Positions 58,163-64,000 of a stretch of 64,000 nt of DNA are shown here, one piece after another. Position numbers and translations under genes: made by a program. Each line of letters starts with the position of its first letter. Position 1 is the stretch's first letter. The stretch comes from Convolutriloba macropyga (Eukaryota), in contig NC_134471.1 in the NCBI RefSeq assembly GCF_964194025.1, positions 70,866,001 to 70,930,000 on the forward strand, in the 5' to 3' direction. The notes beneath the pieces are model-generated. The model worked only from the letters and a program-made list of their open reading frames with translations. It did no database searches and was not told the origin of the DNA.

Positions 58163-59774
58163 CTGAAAAGAAAATTTCGTGAAATACCGGCCAAAAAGGG
58201 GCTGAAATGGCAGCAAAAGGGCGTAGATTACCTGAAATACCCTCAATTGCTCCAGCTTTGAGCAAAACAGACTTCCCGGGGTGCTATTGTACTGTTTGGT
58301 ACTCCCTGTCATCATTTCCTAGCACATCGGTAAAGGGACCACCCCGGAAATGCGAAAATCGTGGCACGTTATAACATTTTTTGGCCTTCGAAATTTTCAC
58401 ATGAATTTTTTTGAAAAGTTATTTTTCACTTGGGAATCACTTGCCAAGTGTAATTCAAGTCTGATATGACTAAAACACTTGATATTGTAATCAGCACTGA
58501 TTTTTGGAGAAAGACTTGCATTTATACTGGTTCAGTATTGATTTACACTTGGAGTTCGGTACGGGTTAAAACAGTTTTCAATAGATTTTTCATTTCAAAG
58601 CTTCTAAGATTTCCTTTAAGATGCAGAAGCTTCTAAGCACTCTTTAGTTTTGCTTTCGTGATTTTTAAGTAGATAAAAATCTGTGCAAAAGAGATAAAAA
58701 GAGAGAATTAACAATTTTGTTTAAATACAGAGTATCAACATTAGTAAAAGAAAATGCTGTATTCTTAAACTAATTAAGAGCTGAAATGCATTTGGAAAAC
58801 GTATGATAAAAATGTGAGACAATTCTAACCAGGACACATCATCCAAACTTAAGCTTCAATCTTAGTAATTCTGTTCAATTAATTTTCTTTAAGTTTGAGC
58901 TTATGAAGTGTTTAAAATCATAGCGATACAACTCTTTAAATAAATTTTACTTATTTTTCTTAGAAACAAAACTGATACTGAAACAGAACGCCTGTTCTTG
59001 CGATCTGCTTAGAAAAGCAGCATGAAAAAAATGAAATAATTAGACATGTTTTCTCGATATGTGTAAAATATCGAACTACAATGTACTGTGTTTGTGTCTC
59101 AGTCTATTGTACATTTCGGACACAAAAACCAGCAAAGTTGCTTCATTTTGTCAGAGGGAGGGGTAATCAGAGCTCATTTTTAGATTAGAATTATAAGCGA
59201 GCAAGGAAAACATGACATATAGGCAATTTTAGTTCAAATTGAGCAAGTTTGGAAAAATCCGTCACATTGTTCACAACTTGTATTTCTGAGCATTCATCAA
59301 TCAAAAATTGCTAACAAGGTGCCAATTATGTAAACATTAAAGAAAGCCTAATTGAATTTTAATAGTATAAAAGTTCTTCTTTTCAATTATTTCTGACTAA
59401 AAAGGCAAATTGCTGTCTTTAACCTAGTCCTTATATGGTAGTTAACAAAATTTAATTTATTGACTGTCTTCAATCATTATTATCAAAATCGAGAACTCTA
59501 GCTGTACGCTAATTTAATTCAGAAACGCCGGAAAGATTGGTGAGATAAATATTAGACAATTGTGACGAGGTACTGTCACATTTGTCCACGATTTGGTCCA
59601 CGCGGCCAAAAAAGGCTAAATGTACGTTTAGCGCCGTTATGTAAATGAGAGTCTCTTGCTGAAATTATTTTGCACTGTTGAGGGTTAATCTCTTTGGTAG
59701 CGTGGTAGTTTATAAATTTCAAATTTAATCCAAGTGTTTTTCTGATTCCTTCCAACTGTCTCCTTTTCGTCAAG

Positions 59775-60032
59775 TGGAAACTATTTATCAAAGTTTCAGA
59801 TATTTAGGCATTTAAAAAAGTATGTATTAATTGTAAGGAGTATTTGATCTATTATCAGTCCATACAAATCTCTCCTTGTGGTAACAGTGCTCATGCTTTT
59901 GTTCTCACAAAATAATTAAGAAAAATATTTTGTTCATGATGGGGCATATAGCCTAAGAGATATACCCATTACAATTAATCTTTACTTTTTTTGAAGTGCC
60001 TAAAATTCTGAAACTTTGTTGATTGGTTTCCA
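59775..60032. mobile_element. Foldback/MITE-like element with ~70-bp imperfect inverted arms
   Basis: TGGAAAC..T..CAAAGTTTCAGA.TTTAGGCA.TT.AAAAAGTA..ATTAATTGTAA at 59775-59845 is mirrored at 59960-60032. Confidence 0.65.
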
Positions 60033-63000
60033 GGACCATTTCTGTTTTTTTTCAAACATTCAACAAACCAACAAGCGGTAAAAATAAGCCACTATTTTAG
60101 CGGTAAAATTACTGTTTCTGTACTTGTTCTCAAACTCTCTCAGGATAGTTTACATATACTGTGATTCTAATATTATTCCCGAAACCGTTTAGGTTAAAGG
60201 ATTAGTATTGTGTTTTTGATTGGAGTATAACAAGTGAAGTGCTCGATGTTTCTTTTAATTATCAAGTTTGAACAAGGAGACTCGCTAATACGGTTCCGAG
60301 CCCGCTCATCCACAATTTTGGCATAACTGTCTACCAAATTGGGAACAGAGAGAAAACTCCAGAATTTCAAGTTTTTTTTTTCAAAAAAAATTGGTGTATG
60401 AACAAAAAGATAGCCTTCCAAGCAATTTACTGAGTGGAGTAAAAAACGACGCATTAGCTCGATGAGATATGTCAATATTAAGAAAGCGAGTCAAGACGAA
60501 CAGCAAATTCAATTAACAACAACAAACATTAATTACATCAAAAAATTTATGTCTGTTTAAAAAAAAAATATAATAACATAGTCAAAATAGCGTCATATAA
60601 AACTGAAACTAATGAAAATAACTTGTAATTCACCAACAAAGTGTTGGCAGCAGTCCATAATAAAGCTTGGTAACAATTAGACAATAAAGAACAAAAACAG
60701 TAAATTTGAAAAATTGGCTTATTTTTTTAAAAAAAACAATTAATTTCAAAGTAATGAAAATCATTAGAAATAAACTAAAAAATCCCAAAGGTTTACAATT
60801 GCAAGTGTTTCTAAAGATGCAAATTAAAAACTGTTGGCATTCGATTTTTAAGCGGTTACAAAAAAAAACCAACAAAAAGACAACAATCAAAAAATCAGTT
60901 AAGTTTTGCCAGAAAAAGCTTTTGAAGACGTAAAGCCACAGTTTGGTCCTCGAAAAATGTTTGATTGCGCCCTCTTCTAACACCGATAATTTCTCTTGTA
61001 ACCTTTTATTAGTGAAACCAATTAACAAGCAGATAAAAAGAAAAAGTGCAAAATTAAGTAAAAATTCTTTTATTTTCGCTAAAAAATTATCTCCAAAGAC
61101 GTGGAAAGCCATTAATTACAAAATGAAATAGGTAAATTGAATCGTTTTCTCTTCCAAAGGAAGCTTTTGAGACCTGTAACTATCCAGATTATTTATTTTA
61201 CGTTTACAAAAAGAATGTAAATTATCACAAAAATCAAAATTTAATTTAATTTTTTTGTGAGAAACCCGTGTCGAAGCCAGTAAAGTCAAAATGAATTCTT
61301 TAAAAACATTAGATTTTGTGACAATAATCACCTTGACAACCTCTTTTGACAACAAAATGGTCAACGTGGGCCTGTAATTAACGAGACTAGGTAACAAACA
61401 GACAATAAATGGAACAAAATCGCGAAGTTTAAAAGTGTTTTTTTTTAATTTCGGAAAACAATTGTTTTCAACGTCATCAAAGCCATCAGCTATCTAATAA
61501 TATTAAAAAATCAGCCCATCTATTCGTCAATGAACAGCTATTGAAACCGAGTCATTGTACAGGAAATTTCATACGACGAAAAAGACAAAGTAAATACGAC
61601 ATTAAGACAGAATCGAAAGTTTCAATTAAATTCTTCGAGAAAGTATTGTCGAAGTCGTTAAAACCAGAGCAGAGTCCATATACTAAAGATTTTAATATTA
61701 TCAACCATGTATTATTTTGAACGCCATTATTGTGATATATCAACTGTCAATAACGTGATAATGAGACACCACTAGAAAACGTGAAATGTGGGCAAACACC
61801 TGAAAATAAAAAAAATGAGAAATCTAGTAGTATAAAATCCAGAAAACCATAATTTAAGGTGTATATCCGCAGTGAAGATTGAGTTTGATTTCAGTAGAAA
61901 GATGAAGCAGTCTTTCATTGCTGACACAAAGCTACAAATTAGGAGAAAAAAGGAGGTAAATTTCATTGAGCCATTATTTATTTAAATATCAATTATTTTT
62001 AAAAGTCAAAAATACCATAAGCTTTCAAGTAATAAACTAGATACAATAATTTGGAGCTAAAAAGCAACCGTATTGGACCTATCAATAGTGAGCTTTGGAC
62101 TGAAATGTTCTGTTATTTGTTTATTTAAAATACAAAAAAGATCGAATTTTTTTTATAAATGAGACCGACTGATTACAATCCGAATTATTTTTGGAATGCA
62201 ACAGTCCAAGTTTGGTTCAAATCTAACTCTGCTAAAGTTGTTCGTCCATTGAGAATACCGAATGTTCCGAATGTTATGAATATAGATATTTTGTTAGTTA
62301 TAAAATCAAAAATAAATGCTGCGTTTTCGATAATCAACGAGTAAAGTCAGAAAAAACGGCAAAGTGTTAATTACGGAGCACTCGCAGAGGAAATTTAAGT
62401 AGAAATAGCCGCTTTTGAGTTTAAAATGATTGTGTTAGTGGTGTTTTGGTGTGTACTTCTTACGAATTTAGTCAAAGTGGACTAAAGAAACTTATTTCGT
62501 GCTGTTTTTAATGAAAAGGTCTGAATTTCGGAATATTTAGCCTGAATTTTCGACAAAAAATAATTAAAAAAGCCAACAATATTTTTTGTCTTTGAAATTA
62601 AAATAAACAACACTTTTTTTGAAAAATTTAGCAAATTTAAGCAAAATTAGCGAAATTTTAGTCAAAAATTCCGGGAAATGTGAATAAAATCAACGGAATT
62701 CACTCTATTTTCTGAAAAGTTTAACCCTCGATAACTCCTTGTAAAAAGCCATAATCGCAAAAGAAAAATTTTGATTCCATATTTCACGCTGCACAAGCTT
62801 TCTGTTGATACCAGTCTCAACTCTCTACGATGAATATATCGATCGGCCAAAATTGACTGAACAAAAAAAACCCATTTGAGTATATAGTTCCTCCCCCCCT
62901 CAAGAGGGGTCGGAACAATTAACAAACAGTGAAAGTCCATTGAATCTGGGCTGAACTGAACAAAAAAATAAACCGCTAAATGTAAAATGCAATAGAGAAC

Positions 63001-64000
63001 TTAAACATTTATTTGTTTGAGTCAAAAAAGAGCTCAGCATTGCTGGCGTCCTTGTTTGATCAAAAATGGTAGTAACAATTATTTCAATAACACAAAAAAT
63101 TTATTCTTTATTTTTTCATTATTACTAGGACGAGAACAACCAAATTACTTACTAAATAAAGTGTAATCTTTTGGTTATAATTTGATTTACCTAATTCGAC
63201 AAAAGAGTTAAATGATTTTTACAATCTTCAAAAATTGTTTACACGCTGTTCTTTCAAAACTACTGGTAAGATTTTTCGTTCATTAATAATCATAAAGTCA
63301 AAAAAAATGTCCAGTAAATTTACAACGCTAGTCATGGCTCTATTTTTGTTCAAACTTATACATTTATAAATTTATTTAACGTTGAGCGAAAATTTGAACG
63401 TGCTGTTTGCTCTGTTAAGAAGTTCTTCAAGTTGCACCAGAATATGCAAACATTGCGTTTGAAATAGAAGTACGCGGGTGAAGTTTGCTCAGACTAAACT
63501 CGACCAGAAACTTTAAATGTTATCAATATCAATGCAATCTTAAACATTGCTTTATTTACGAAAACGATCAATTTGTTCAGCTTTCTAATCTCCCAGAAAT
63601 CTATTTTGTCAGCACTGCAACTCGCTGAGCAAAATTTAAAATGTCGAAAGTACTTTTTGTAGTTTTTGCTGTTTTGGTACCTTTGAAACAAAGCCATAGT
63701 TTGAATATTTTATTCTCTGTACCCTGCTGGGGTGGACATTTTGGAACCATGTCACCTTTGTTTAGCCCAATTTGCCAAAAACATAATTGCACTCTGGTTG
63801 AGTGGGCGAAACTTTGCGAGCGCAAAATGAAACCATTCTACGAAAAGGTCAACTTTGAAGTGATCAAACGACACGGGTTACATGACGAGTACTCGTTCGA
63901 TGGGGCTTGGCATTTTCTGGTGAATTTTTGCCCACATTTAATTGAAACGCACACTTACATGCACACAGAGCTGTCAACTATTTTCGAAGCAAACCGTGGA

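Larger units (their letters stand above)
57142..58565. mobile_element. Putative TIR element with ~50-bp imperfect inverted repeats (CCCGTACC...GGTACGGG|TTAA)
   Basis: 57142-57191 is the reverse complement of 58516-58565 (TTGCATTTATACTGGT.CAGT...GGAGTT.GGTACGGG). Confidence 0.55.

Noticed and set aside
60194-62940. Cluster of hydrophobic or Lys-rich ORFs
   Set aside because: Consistent with A/T-skew artefacts; no motif recognised. A very old pseudogene cannot be excluded without a search.

Overview
AT-rich eukaryotic (invertebrate-metazoan-like) genomic DNA with spliceosomal introns and dense repeats; nothing prokaryotic was seen. Host genes are all on the minus strand: an N-terminal exon of a SIRT7-like sirtuin (295-608), a complete 5-exon PIG-B-like GPI mannosyltransferase (8404-16961, 516 aa when spliced) and a probable RING-finger first exon (58061-58162). 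The centre is a three-layer nest: a Penelope-like GIY-YIG remnant, interrupted by a 17.6-kb Ty3/Gypsy LTR element (22402-40030), whose leader is itself interrupted by a younger BEL/Pao element (23133-30613). The Gypsy element is the most interesting object. After gag-pro-RT-RH-IN it carries (i) a chuvirus-like envelope glycoprotein with matching splice donor/acceptor signals, (ii) an array of 11 structure-conserving hairpins, and (iii) a fourth ORF (SH3-like / coiled coil / HPD-containing DnaJ J-domain), all upstream of the PPT and 3' LTR. The window also has two decayed LINEs, Helentron-type (HINE-like) non-autonomous elements, a Polinton/Maverick-type integrase remnant, a 677-bp tandem array, MITE-like elements and a second, older BEL/Pao element. 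All family assignments come from recalled motifs; no database searches were run.
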